From a virus: a stretch of DNA of 64,000 bases. The notes under the pieces were generated by a model. The model saw only the letters and a program-made list of their open reading frames with translations, was not told where the DNA came from and did not search any database. The stretch lies in UHGV virus genome UHGV-0253196; one strand, given 5' to 3'. The position numbers and the translations under genes were made by a program. The stretch's first letter is position 1; each line of letters opens with the position of its first letter. Positions 9,057 through 19,900 of the stretch are shown in pieces.

Positions 9057-12000
9057 ATGGGCGCATTTGGTCTAGGTTTAGTGCTTAATTTTACCGATAA
9101 CGCAACCGCAGGTATGAATAAAGTTTCTAACACCTTTAATTTAATGTCGCAAAACGCAGACGCTATGGTGTCGTCTGTAGAAGGTTCACTGAGTAGATTG
9201 TCGAACATGGGTATTATTGGTTCAACACTCATGCAGTTTGGTGATACCATGCAATCCGCAGGAGCGGGAATTTTAAACACCTACGAAAAAATCGGTAATA
9301 AAATAACTTCTATCGGTATGGATATGTACTCTGCAAGAGCACAGCTAACATCATTGTATGGTGGTGCTGACCCTGCCGAGGAACAGTTAAACAATATTAT
9401 GACTTATGCAAGAAAGTCGGTGTTTGCTTATCAAGACGTGTTAAAAGCCGTCATTATGATGAAAGCAAATGGTATTGAAGCACTAGAGGAAGTAACAAGC
9501 ACAAGTGGTAAGTCAACACAGAAGTTGATGGACTATGCTTCCGACCTAGCCGCATTTAACCCGCAAATGCGTAACTCATACGGAACTGGTGTTAGAGCCG
9601 CTATGGGTGCTATCAATGAGTACATAGCAGAAGGTAACGCTATTTCATTGAAACGTGGTGCGTCCCTAGATATTAACTCCATTCTGGGAGAAGATAAGGG
9701 TGCAACGATTGAAGAACGTACAAGACAGATAGCAGACCTCATGGAGAAGTTAAACATGGTTGGTCTTACTGCTGGTCTTGCAGGAACACCTATGCAACAG
9801 TTATCTAACATGGGCGACTTAGTGTTCCAGACGTTTTCAAAAATATCTGATAATGGTGTGTTTGAGAAGTTTAGTGAAATACTTGCAACTCTCACCACAC
9901 CTATACAAAGACTTGCGGACGAGACAGATATATTTGACCGTGTAGCAAGGTCTTTAGCTGACGCTATGTTAGCCATTATGAATCCTATTCAGAAGGTTGC
10001 AGAGTATCTAGCAACGTGGATAGAACCTATATTAGAGTTTGTAGCACAACACCCTAAACTTGTAGCCATGATAGGTGTCATTGGTGGTATAGCGGGTGTG
10101 TCATTACTCGCCGCAGGTATGTTACTCAAACTTGTAGGTAGTATTACCATGTTACAAGTAAGCCTGGGACTTTTAAGATTGAGCGGGTTAGGTGGTATAG
10201 GTATATTTAAGATGATGATTACCGCTGTAGGTGGTCTTATATCTGCAATAGCACCTTTTGTAGCCATAGCCTTTTTAATGTATGAAGCCTGGACTAATAA
10301 CATTCTGGGTATACGTGATGCGTTGACCGCGTTCATACAAGACGTTATGTTCTTAGGGACTGTGTTAGTAGACGCTTTGAGTGATGATACAATTTCCTAT
10401 GATATGTGGGTGAAAGCCCGTGACATGGGACTATTGCCCTTCATAGAAACAATACTTGACCTTAAGTATAACGTGATTGATTTTATCAATGGGTTTAAGC
10501 AAGGACTACAAGACATTAAGTCTTTTGTAGACCAAGTAGCAAACACCATGACACCGTTTGGATTCACGTTAAAAGACATTACAGACAAGGTTACAGAACT
10601 ACTTGATAAGTTTGTAGGGTTCAAGTTTTCGTCTGGCTGGGAAAGCGCGGGAAAGACATTCGCTATCATAGGAAGTGCTTTACTTGTAGCATTACCCGCA
10701 ATTAAGATAGTGTCTATACTGTTTGGTGCTATGACCTCACCTATTGGACTTATTGCCGCAGGAATAGCTTTAGTAGTCATGAACTTTGACAAGCTGAAAG
10801 AAGTCCTGGGTAATATACCGGGTATGATTGAAAACCTAGACCTTAAGTCTTTAGGAGGTTATATATCTGCCGCGTTGTTAGGACTTTTAGCAACTATCAA
10901 AGGTGGTTCATTCGCCTCTGGTTTTGCCAGTGTTACGTTGGGTGTGTTCAAAGGCGGGTTTGGGTTATTAATGAGTTTAGGCTCCTTCTTTGGCCCAATG
11001 ATAATTAAGTTCTTTCCTATGTTAGTCAAAGGTCTTTGGAGCATGATACCAGCAGGTATACAGTTATTTGCTGGTCTGTTTGCGGGTGTGTTTACAAAAA
11101 TGCTACCCCTGTTTGGTGCTAAAGTCATTGCGCTAGGCGGTAGAGTACTTGCACCTATACTGTCTATCTTTGGTGGTCTGGGCGCGAAGTTATTACCTTT
11201 ACTACTGAAAGTAGGAGGGACATTATTGGGTGCCATTGGTGCTATATTCGGGCCTATCATAAGTGCTATAGGCGGTGTTCCTCTGTTAATTGGTGGTGCT
11301 ATCATAGCCGCTATTGCTGTAGTAGTAGCGTTGATAACCAATAACGGTGAAGGAATAAAGAACGCCTTTGAGAAGATATGGAACGCAATACCAGAACCTA
11401 TACAGGGTGTTATCATTAAAGTAGGTCAAATGCTGTCCGGGTTAGCAAATAAGCTGATAGACGCATTAGGACTTAGACCTTTAATGAACACCATACAGCA
11501 GAACCTTCCACAGATTATTCAGTGGTTCAGTAACCTAGGAAACCAGATATTAGGTATATTCAGTAAGTTAATCACCTGGGTAAAGGGTGCATGGGACGGA
11601 TGGCTGGGAGACCTTATAAGAAACATTGGTTCCTTTGTGGGTAATGTAATCACAATCGTAGGTGGTCTGTTAGCTGTACTGATTCCTATAGTCATGGACT
11701 TAATCAGTGGTATACTTGATGTAGTGTTACCTATCGTTGACGGAATTGGTGCTATCATCAATGACGTTATGGACGTAGTGAACGGTATACTAGAGTTTAT
11801 CATTGGTGTGTTCACTGGTGACTGGGGTAAAGCCTGGGACGGTGTTGTGTCTACGTTCTCTGGCATATTCAACGCCGTGAAAGATATTTTTAAGACAGTT
11901 ATCAATGCAGTAATAGGTCTTGCGAATAAGTTTATCGGTGCACTGAATAAGATAAGTATTCCGGGAACAGATATAGGTGTTAATATTCCAGAGATACCGT

Positions 12001-12353
12001 TACTGAACACTGGTGGTTATGTAGAAAAAGAGGGCGCGGCAGTATTGCACCCGTCCGAGATTGTAGTCAATGCACCAATGACAAAGAAACTGGACGAGTT
12101 CTTGAATAACCAAGACAGAGCAGTGCCTAACGCTGGTGCCGTACCTACACAGGTAACACCGCCAGCAGTAACCGCAGATTCACATGACGATTACAGTGTT
12201 AAGTTTGAGCAAGGAAGTATTGTCATTCAAGCACAGAAGGGTATGTCCGAAGCTGAAATGCGTCAGATGGCAGAAACCATCATGAAGTATGCAGAGCGCA
12301 AGAGAGAAATAGACGCTATGGCAAGAAAGCCTAAAAAGGAGGTGTATGCTTAA
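9057..12353 (+). CDS. tape measure protein
   Basis: AAAGGAGG RBS. 1098 aa with many Gly/Ala-rich transmembrane-like segments in the middle and a charged C-terminus. Follows the chaperone pair. Confidence 0.85.
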   Translation: MGAFGLGLVLNFTDNATAGMNKVSNTFNLMSQNADAMVSSVEGSLSRLSNMGIIGSTLMQFGDTMQSAGAGILNTYEKIGNKITSIGMDMYSARAQLTSLYGGADPAEEQLNNIMTYARKSVFAYQDVLKAVIMMKANGIEALEEVTSTSGKSTQKLMDYASDLAAFNPQMRNSYGTGVRAAMGAINEYIAEGNAISLKRGASLDINSILGEDKGATIEERTRQIADLMEKLNMVGLTAGLAGTPMQQLSNMGDLVFQTFSKISDNGVFEKFSEILATLTTPIQRLADETDIFDRVARSLADAMLAIMNPIQKVAEYLATWIEPILEFVAQHPKLVAMIGVIGGIAGVSLLAAGMLLKLVGSITMLQVSLGLLRLSGLGGIGIFKMMITAVGGLISAIAPFVAIAFLMYEAWTNNILGIRDALTAFIQDVMFLGTVLVDALSDDTISYDMWVKARDMGLLPFIETILDLKYNVIDFINGFKQGLQDIKSFVDQVANTMTPFGFTLKDITDKVTELLDKFVGFKFSSGWESAGKTFAIIGSALLVALPAIKIVSILFGAMTSPIGLIAAGIALVVMNFDKLKEVLGNIPGMIENLDLKSLGGYISAALLGLLATIKGGSFASGFASVTLGVFKGGFGLLMSLGSFFGPMIIKFFPMLVKGLWSMIPAGIQLFAGLFAGVFTKMLPLFGAKVIALGGRVLAPILSIFGGLGAKLLPLLLKVGGTLLGAIGAIFGPIISAIGGVPLLIGGAIIAAIAVVVALITNNGEGIKNAFEKIWNAIPEPIQGVIIKVGQMLSGLANKLIDALGLRPLMNTIQQNLPQIIQWFSNLGNQILGIFSKLITWVKGAWDGWLGDLIRNIGSFVGNVITIVGGLLAVLIPIVMDLISGILDVVLPIVDGIGAIINDVMDVVNGILEFIIGVFTGDWGKAWDGVVSTFSGIFNAVKDIFKTVINAVIGLANKFIGALNKISIPGTDIGVNIPEIPLLNTGGYVEKEGAAVLHPSEIVVNAPMTKKLDEFLNNQDRAVPNAGAVPTQVTPPAVTADSHDDYSVKFEQGSIVIQAQKGMSEAEMRQMAETIMKYAERKREIDAMARKPKKEVYA

Positions 12354-12781
12354 TGGCAAAGATAACCAAAGGTTATTTAAAGAACATGGACACCGGGAGT
12401 ATTAAAAAGTTCCAGTATAACCCAACACACTTTCAACACGGGAAAAATGCAACCTACGTGAATATTGAAGCCGTAGGTATGCACCACCCCATCATTGCAT
12501 TTGTGAAAGGTGAAGCAGAAGAATTTCCTATGGAAATTTATATGTATGACAATCCGTCCACAGGTAAGATTGCGTCATTTGAGAAATTCATATTGAGTTT
12601 AATGCCGAAGGACAGAAACCCGTCCGTGTTTACAAAACCAGCTAGTGTTATTGTTGCATACGGACGCACAGTTAAAAAGTGTGTTGTGACCGGGTATACA
12701 GTAGACGAGACTATGCACGATAGAAAGCTGAATGTCATGGAAGCAACGTTCACAATAAACTTCAAAACGATAGGAGGGTGA
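12353..12781 (+). CDS. baseplate/tail protein (tube-initiator-like)
   Basis: ATG overlaps the tape measure stop (TAATG). 142 aa. Position matches the first baseplate gene. Confidence 0.35.
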   Translation: MAKITKGYLKNMDTGSIKKFQYNPTHFQHGKNATYVNIEAVGMHHPIIAFVKGEAEEFPMEIYMYDNPSTGKIASFEKFILSLMPKDRNPSVFTKPASVIVAYGRTVKKCVVTGYTVDETMHDRKLNVMEATFTINFKTIGG

Positions 12782-12786
12782 TTCCA

Positions 12787-13080
12787 GTGTTATTTCAAGG
12801 TAGTAGGTATCTTTCCTGTAAGCTACACTTACAGAGCGGGGAAACACCAATTCTGACGTTTAGAAGACCATACAAATTCAACATTGATAAAGCTACAACT
12901 TATGTGTTCAAGGAATTTGATACAATCGACTATATAGCGTATAAGACTTATGGTGATTCACGTCTGTATTGGGCTATACTTGACGCAAACCCACAGTATC
13001 AAAGTGAATTAGAAATACAGGTAGGGGACGTGTTAATAGTCCCCGCCTATGACGAGGTGGTGACATTGAGTGGCAAGTAA
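12787..13080 (+). CDS. LysM-like baseplate protein (XkdP-like)
   Basis: AGGAGG then GTG start. LysM-type motif DTIDYIAYKTYGD...WAILDANP...VGDVLIVP. Confidence 0.45.
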   Translation: MLFQGSRYLSCKLHLQSGETPILTFRRPYKFNIDKATTYVFKEFDTIDYIAYKTYGDSRLYWAILDANPQYQSELEIQVGDVLIVPAYDEVVTLSGK

Positions 13081-13900
13081 GTATGTAATGGCGGTGTATG
13101 ATATGACACTGAATGGCAGTGATTTAACTACCAAACAAAGAAGTTGTATTAATGCCGTAAACATCATGCACAGTAGTAAAGGTGCAGACACCATGACCGT
13201 GAATGTCACAGACCCGGACTTTGTATATATCAATGATGATATTTTCGTAGATGATGTGCCAATAACAGCGGACGTGTATTTCCTCAATAATAACACCAAA
13301 GATTCATTTTCTGGTTTTATATCCGCAATAGATATAACCTTCCCAGAAGACGGAAATCCGACACTGGTGTTGAACTGTATTGATGAAACATACCGTATGA
13401 CCCGTGGCAAGAAAAAGCGTTCCTGGACTAATACCACAAGTGCCGCAGTTGTACAGGCAATCGCCGCCGAATATGGTTATCAGTGTGTGACCGAAGCCGG
13501 GTATGCTTTTGAGACACAAGAGACCATAGCCCAAGACAACACAACAGACGCGGATTTTATAGATAAACTCGCGCAAGATGAAATAGAGGACTTCATGTTT
13601 AAGTTAGTAGGTAACACCTTGTACTACGTTAAACACGCTGTAATAGGTGAACCGTCAACACATCTTTATTACAGGAGTAATGACTACAGTGTAAAGTCTT
13701 TTAGTCCGCAGATTAATAAAGAGACAAAGAAGGTAGAAAGTAAGGCAGACGTTATAACACCTGCAACTAAAGCGAAAGACAGTGCTAGTGTTGCAGGAGG
13801 TGGTGAAGGTTCCGCGTCAACGTCTGGCGGTCAAGTAACACCAGACAGTCAAAAGAACATGAAGTACAATAACAAGACTGGAAAATGGAGTGAGGTGTAG
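13070..13900 (+). CDS. baseplate hub protein (XkdQ / gpD-like)
   Basis: 276 aa at the position of XkdQ / Mu-P-like hub genes. C-terminus carries a MKYNNKTGKW motif that is repeated at the start of the next gene. Confidence 0.4.
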   Translation: MASKYVMAVYDMTLNGSDLTTKQRSCINAVNIMHSSKGADTMTVNVTDPDFVYINDDIFVDDVPITADVYFLNNNTKDSFSGFISAIDITFPEDGNPTLVLNCIDETYRMTRGKKKRSWTNTTSAAVVQAIAAEYGYQCVTEAGYAFETQETIAQDNTTDADFIDKLAQDEIEDFMFKLVGNTLYYVKHAVIGEPSTHLYYRSNDYSVKSFSPQINKETKKVESKADVITPATKAKDSASVAGGGEGSASTSGGQVTPDSQKNMKYNNKTGKWSEV

Positions 13901-13903
13901 TTT

Positions 13904-14599
13904 ATGAGTGTTTCGTATAATGAACCAATAGGGCCAAGTAATAACCCTACAGGAATGAAGTATGACCCAAAGACAGGTAGTTGGACACCCTCATATGCAC
14001 CTACTTCCAAAGGCGGTAAATCAAACACTGCAAGTAACGGAACCGCTGGGGACAGTAATGGAGGTTTAGGTACTGATAAGAAAGACAGTGCCGCAGGTAA
14101 AGCCAAAAAAGAAGCGGTAGAAATTGAGAGTAACACCCTCACCGCAGAAGTACCTTTGGTTCCATCAAACAAGACACTTGCTATCAAAGTTAGAGATACT
14201 GTAGCAATAAACGGCGTGGGAAAGTATTTGAGTGGCAATTACTACGTGACTAATAAGACAGTGGCACTAGATACCAGTTCTGGTATCACTGTCTCAATCA
14301 GTGTTGTAAAGTCAAAGTTTGCGGATAACATGAAAACACCTACAGAGTTATCCGAGGACGATATAGTAACACTGAACGGGCCAGAACCAGAACCCAGGGT
14401 AGAACCCGTGGAATTAGAGTATGCAGATACTTTAAGAGTAGGTGATAAAGTAAAACTGTTTGACCCCAGTGAGTTAGGTGTATCAACACCTGTAGCAAAC
14501 GGTGTGTTGACCGTAAGTAAGATAAAAGAAGATAACACCAAAGTGTTACTGAGGGAGTTATTCTGCTGGGTAGAAACTGATTTTGTATATAAAGTGTAG
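13904..14599 (+). CDS. baseplate protein (hypothetical)
   Basis: GAGGTG RBS. 231 aa. N-terminal MKYDPKTGSW repeats the motif ending the previous gene. Confidence 0.35.
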   Translation: MSVSYNEPIGPSNNPTGMKYDPKTGSWTPSYAPTSKGGKSNTASNGTAGDSNGGLGTDKKDSAAGKAKKEAVEIESNTLTAEVPLVPSNKTLAIKVRDTVAINGVGKYLSGNYYVTNKTVALDTSSGITVSISVVKSKFADNMKTPTELSEDDIVTLNGPEPEPRVEPVELEYADTLRVGDKVKLFDPSELGVSTPVANGVLTVSKIKEDNTKVLLRELFCWVETDFVYKV

Positions 14600-14601
14600 A
14601 G

Positions 14602-15051
14602 GTGATTGCAATGAGTAGTAAAGTGTTAGCAGGAATGTACAGAGGAACAGTAGTAAGTGTAGACGACCCGGAGAACAGATACAGAGTTTTAGTGTGTGTC
14701 CCTAGCGTTACAGGTGAATATGCCGCTGGCTGGGCTGAACCGTGTTTTCAGTATTGTGCCGATACAGAAGGTGATTGTTTCCTTCCCGTAGTTGGTGACA
14801 CCTTATGGGTTATGTTTGAAGAAGGTAAGTTAAACAGACCTGTGTGGATTGGAAACTGGTATTCTACAGCTAAAGCACCACAGGACATTGCCACCAGTAA
14901 AACAAAACGTGTCATTATGTACCAGGGTACTAAAATTGTAATTGGTGGGGGTGTTGTAGAAGTAGTAGGAAACCTTGCAGTACAAGGCAACATTACCGCA
15001 ACAGGAAGTATAAGTGCAACCGGTACAGTGACGGGCAGTAATATAAGATAG
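14602..15051 (+). CDS. baseplate spike (gpV / Mu gp45-like)
   Basis: GAGGTG RBS. 149 aa. GDTLWVMFEEGKLNRPVWIGNWY motif typical of OB-fold spike proteins. Confidence 0.45.
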   Translation: MIAMSSKVLAGMYRGTVVSVDDPENRYRVLVCVPSVTGEYAAGWAEPCFQYCADTEGDCFLPVVGDTLWVMFEEGKLNRPVWIGNWYSTAKAPQDIATSKTKRVIMYQGTKIVIGGGVVEVVGNLAVQGNITATGSISATGTVTGSNIR

Positions 15052-15061
15052 AGGTGATTTA

Positions 15062-15460
15062 ATGAGTGAGAGAAAGCAGATACGGGGAATAAGTTTCCCG
15101 TTCCGTATCAACGTGAGAGGTGGTATTGCTATGAGTGTTACAAACACAAACACCTTTACGCATACGGACGAAGCTATACACCAGTTGTTGACTACAGAGC
15201 GGGGAGAACGTTTAATGGAGTTCTACCTGTATTCTGACTTAGACACATTGATATTTGAACCTAATGACGATACCACGAAAAGTCTTTTGGAGTTTGAAGT
15301 CAAGGACACGATACAGACACATTTAAGTGACACCCTAGAAATTGATGATATACAGGTGACACAAGATAAAAACCTCATATTTGCGGATATTACATACCAC
15401 CTTGTAAACTTCGGTGGTAATCTGCATACAACGAGGGTGCAGATAGGAGGTTATCAGTAA
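15062..15460 (+). CDS. baseplate wedge protein gp25/gpW-like
   Basis: GAGGTG RBS. 132 aa. RGISFPFRI N-terminal motif typical of gp25-like proteins. Confidence 0.5.
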   Translation: MSERKQIRGISFPFRINVRGGIAMSVTNTNTFTHTDEAIHQLLTTERGERLMEFYLYSDLDTLIFEPNDDTTKSLLEFEVKDTIQTHLSDTLEIDDIQVTQDKNLIFADITYHLVNFGGNLHTTRVQIGGYQ

Positions 15461-16947
15461 TGAGTAACGTAGGCAACAGTATGTTAGACTACACCAACAG
15501 GGATTATGAATCCGTGAGAAATGACCTTGTGTCCACTCTGCCAAAATACCTGCCAGAGTACACGGACACGTCAGAATTAGACCCTGGAATCGTCATACTA
15601 GAGTTAATCAGCCGGGGAATAGATATACTTAACTTCTACCAGGATTCACAAGCTAATGAAGTGTTTTTGCAGTATGCGCAACAAAGAGAAAATATACTTG
15701 CAAACAGCTATTCACTGGGTTACACCCCGGCAGAAGCAACACCATCTATATTTGACTTAGTTTTTGTGCTGAACAGTATACAGAAACAGGCTGTGATAAT
15801 ACCCATGGGATTTAAAGTGCACACTGTTAAGACAGAGGTTGACAGTGAAGTGTATTTTGAGACCACAGAAGACCTTGTTATTCCAGTGGGAAGTTTAGGT
15901 AATGAGAAAGACACCAGCGGTAATTATCTGTACACCGTAGAAGCAATACAGGGACAGACAATCGAAAGTGAATTAGTCGGAACCAGTACGGGTGCTGAGA
16001 ACCAGGAGTTTACACTTGCATACGCGCCTGTAATATACACCAGTGTTTCATTGCTGATTAATGAGGGTACTGGTTTTACACAGTGGGACAGAGTAGATAA
16101 TTTCATTGATAGTCTTCCAGACAGTAAGCACTTCCGTGTCGTACTGAATATGGATAACAAAGCAAAGATTATCTTTGGTAATGGTGTTAGTGGTAAAATA
16201 CCTAAACCTTACAAGAACGGTATCTACGCTTACTACAGAATCGGTGGTGGAACGATAGGTAATGTAGGTGAGAACACCATCACTGAAATGAATACCAGAC
16301 CAGCGGTAGTGAAAGAGTGTTTCAATCCTAAACGCGCAAGAGTACAAGCCACAGACAAGGAAACCAATGACGAGGTTAGAATAAACGCACCAAAGTATAA
16401 CATGACGAAGTATGCACCAGTGCGGGAGGAAGACCACTCTTATCTAGTGTTAAAGGAGTTCAAGACCAAACTTAAATTTGCGTCCGCGATAAGAGACCCA
16501 GATGATGTGGATTTAATTGACCTGTATGTGTTAGTCCGGGAAGAATACAGTGATACGTTCACACTTGATGATACACTTAAGGCAGAGATTGAATCCTACT
16601 TTGCAGAGTGTCAGATTGTGGGATGTAAACTGAAAGCATACCCGCCGACTTATAAGTCTATTGGTCTTGATTGTACACTTGAAGTAAAAGACACGTTTTT
16701 GCGGGACGAAGTGAAAGCTAATGTTGAGCAGTATTTAAGACAGTATTTCAAAATAGGTTATTATGATTTTGGACAAGAGTTATCCTTGACCGACCTTGAA
16801 GGTCTTGTGTATACCAACATTGACGGCATAAGGGTGTTCCGTATAAACACAACACCATTGACAATAGTCCCGGCTAAGAGTGAGATTTTAACTTTAGGTT
16901 CGTTGACTATATCCGCTACAGGAGGTGCTAAAGTTGTCACGAATTAA
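15460..16947 (+). CDS. baseplate J-like protein
   Basis: ATG overlaps the upstream stop. 495 aa, follows the gp25-like gene as in P2/Mu/PBSX baseplates. Confidence 0.5.
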   Translation: MSNVGNSMLDYTNRDYESVRNDLVSTLPKYLPEYTDTSELDPGIVILELISRGIDILNFYQDSQANEVFLQYAQQRENILANSYSLGYTPAEATPSIFDLVFVLNSIQKQAVIIPMGFKVHTVKTEVDSEVYFETTEDLVIPVGSLGNEKDTSGNYLYTVEAIQGQTIESELVGTSTGAENQEFTLAYAPVIYTSVSLLINEGTGFTQWDRVDNFIDSLPDSKHFRVVLNMDNKAKIIFGNGVSGKIPKPYKNGIYAYYRIGGGTIGNVGENTITEMNTRPAVVKECFNPKRARVQATDKETNDEVRINAPKYNMTKYAPVREEDHSYLVLKEFKTKLKFASAIRDPDDVDLIDLYVLVREEYSDTFTLDDTLKAEIESYFAECQIVGCKLKAYPPTYKSIGLDCTLEVKDTFLRDEVKANVEQYLRQYFKIGYYDFGQELSLTDLEGLVYTNIDGIRVFRINTTPLTIVPAKSEILTLGSLTISATGGAKVVTN

Positions 16948-19900
16948 GGCAGACGAATATCTTGAATACCTCTATGGTAGACTTCCCACACAATGGAGGT
17001 TATTAGACCAAGAAGAAGGTCTTCCTCTGTACAATTATCTTAAAGTGATTGTGTACGGAGGACTTGAAAAGAATATAGACCTTGCGAACAAGTTTACAGA
17101 ACTGACAGACCCGGTTAGGTGTCCTAGTCCGTTCTTTCCTACGTTATACGAATCCATAGGACTTAAGTATGACTGGGGAATCAGTGAAGTATATCAAAGA
17201 CGTGTGTTCCAGAATATCGGTGAGTTAATGCGGCGTAGAGGTTCCTATAACTCAATCAGATATTTAATCCGTGTGTTGACTGGAATGGAGTGTAACCTTG
17301 ACTACCAGAGAAATCCGGTAAAGAACTATGAGAACACAGACCTTGTAGCGTTCCAAGGATATAATAAAGGTGATATTACCGTCCTTGAAATGAAAGGTGA
17401 GACGACACAGGACACCACTGAGGGTTATAATGTACTTGATATAGTAGGTAAAACTGCTACAAGTGGTGATTGTCGTGTTAAAGTGTACGATAATGGTGTA
17501 ATGCAAGTAACTGGAACCCTTTTATCAGACAGTTCAGATATGTACATTAGTAATAACTACACTGCCGAGGAAAAGAAAAAACTTAAACCGGGAATATACA
17601 CTTTAATAGGAGGTAATAAAGTATATCCAACACCTTTTTTTAAGTTTAGCAATGGTGAAGGTTTTATAGAAATAAAAAATAATACTAACACGACAATGGA
17701 CGTAACACAGCGTATGTTAGACGCTGATTATAATGTTGTGTCTGGTGTGTGGGGTAGAAGAGGTGTCAAAGTAGTTCCGGGGTTATGTAGACCTTATGTA
17801 GTGTGTGATAGTGATAATCCTAATATATTCGACCATTGGGCGTTAAAGATATATGATAAGGCTACCTACACAATACAGAATAACTATGGCTTCACCGTAG
17901 TAGGAAATCCAGTATCATTTGATATGGTGCCAACTAAGAGATTTTCAGAGTATGCGGGGAAGACATTGTACATTAGTGGTGAGATAGTTAGTGAGACAAC
18001 TACCGCGGGCGTTCACACAGAAGTGTCTATAAACCACTATGACGGCACTGCATGGCAAGGTAGTAGTATCAAGTTAGGTGTTGGTAAGTTTAGAAACGTT
18101 GCATACACTGTACCAATGACAGCAGAAGGTTCCTATACACGTCTGATATTTAGACCTAGAAATGGCACCATGGTGTTAAATAATATCCGGGTTACTGAAA
18201 AACCTTACGTTGATGATAACAAAGTAAGTACAGGTGTTCAATTAATAAATTCGGATATGTTACCTAGTGTAAATAACAACGGTGTTACGATAAATAACAA
18301 CGGTGATGGTAGTTTTACAGTCAAAGGTACTGCTACAGGATATATTACCAGTATCTATAATCTATCCTTATCACCCGGAACTTACTGTGTAAGCGGAAGG
18401 AAAAATAATACTCAATTTTTTATCCGTGTTAGCAAAGACGGTCAGAATTATGTCAATTATACCAATTCTTTTGAGATAAAGGGTGACGAAGCCTGGGTGA
18501 AAGCCTTTATCCAAGTAGACAATGGTAAGACAGCAAACGACACAATATGGCCCATGCTTAATACAGGTTCCGTAGCAAAGCCATGGGAACCGTTCACACA
18601 TGGTATTCCAGTGAAAGGACACGTAACACCGACTGAACCATTTGAACCTTATTCAAAGGGCGCACCATCACCAAGTATAGAGTTTAGACAGCCGTTTCAT
18701 AATGTAGGAGACCCGGTAAATTTAATCAAGTTAAGGTTATCATCTAAATCATTAAACGGTATATCATACACCAACAACGGTGACGGAACGTTCAGTATTG
18801 TTGGTACTAACACTCTTGCCGCAGAAAACACCACTTTCAGAATAGACCAGACAGATGGTAATACGTCTGATATAACCACTTACGAGCCGGGTTATTATTC
18901 AATGCATTTTGAAGTGTTGGAAGGGGATAACACATCAGAAGAAATAGGTCTTGCGCTGTACTCACCCGGCATGAATAAGACATACGTGAGTGAAGCAACA
19001 ACACCTATGTACGTGAGGGAGACAATCAAAGATGGAACTATAGTCCTTATCGTTAAAGGTGGTAAGACTGTAAATTCCAGAATAAGAGTACAGCTACAGA
19101 AGGGGTGTTTCTGTACAGACTGGAAACCTTATTCAGAAGGTGGTGTATACGAGTTCATCACCAGTAAGGGAAGACGTAACCTGTTATCACACACCAACAT
19201 GGGTTACTACGGTTTTTACGCAACACAGTATTCACGTTTGGAACGTGTGCAGACCCCTACTGATAAAAACGCTGTAAAAGCAATATGCACTAAAGCGGGA
19301 CAGAATTACGGTATAAGAAACAGGGTACCAGACTTTAAGGCAAACACCATTAAACCAAACACTATATATCAAGTGTCTTTTGATTACTACTTAAGCACAA
19401 ACAACAATGTAGAGCTAAGGTGTGATTTACAGCGTGACAAAGATTGGGTCAAAGTTGTAGAATTTAATGCTAAGGCTACAGAAGTACAGAAGTGGAATAG
19501 TGTAGAATTTAATGCTAAGGCTACAGACTTTTTACAGATAAACACTGATTTAATATTGACCTTATATGTAAGTAGTGGCAGTAATGCTGTAGGTGATTAT
19601 ATCACCATTCAGAATCTACAGTTACACGAAACAGACTTACCTAACGAGTGGGTGCCAGCGTTAGAAGACCATACAGCAGGAACACCAAACAATGATGATG
19701 TACAGTTATTTGACGCGTCACAGTTACGTCCTTTACACACAGATAAAACTACTGTGACAGTGGCAAGTAATGTTATCACCATAACCACTACAGAAGCGTG
19801 GGGTGGTGCTAAGTACGAAATCACAGAGTTAGTGAGAGGCAGAGAAGTATTTATAAGTGGTGTTAAGAAGTCTGTAACGCCCGGTAGTACAGGAGAAACC

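Noticed and set aside
9533-11416. Several minus-strand ORFs of 115-185 aa inside the tape measure gene (e.g. 9533-9976, 10859-11416, 11519-12010)
   Set aside because: They are antisense to a 1098-aa gene with strong context, have no RBS and a low-complexity Pro/Ile-rich composition typical of antisense frames of Gly/Ala-rich genes.
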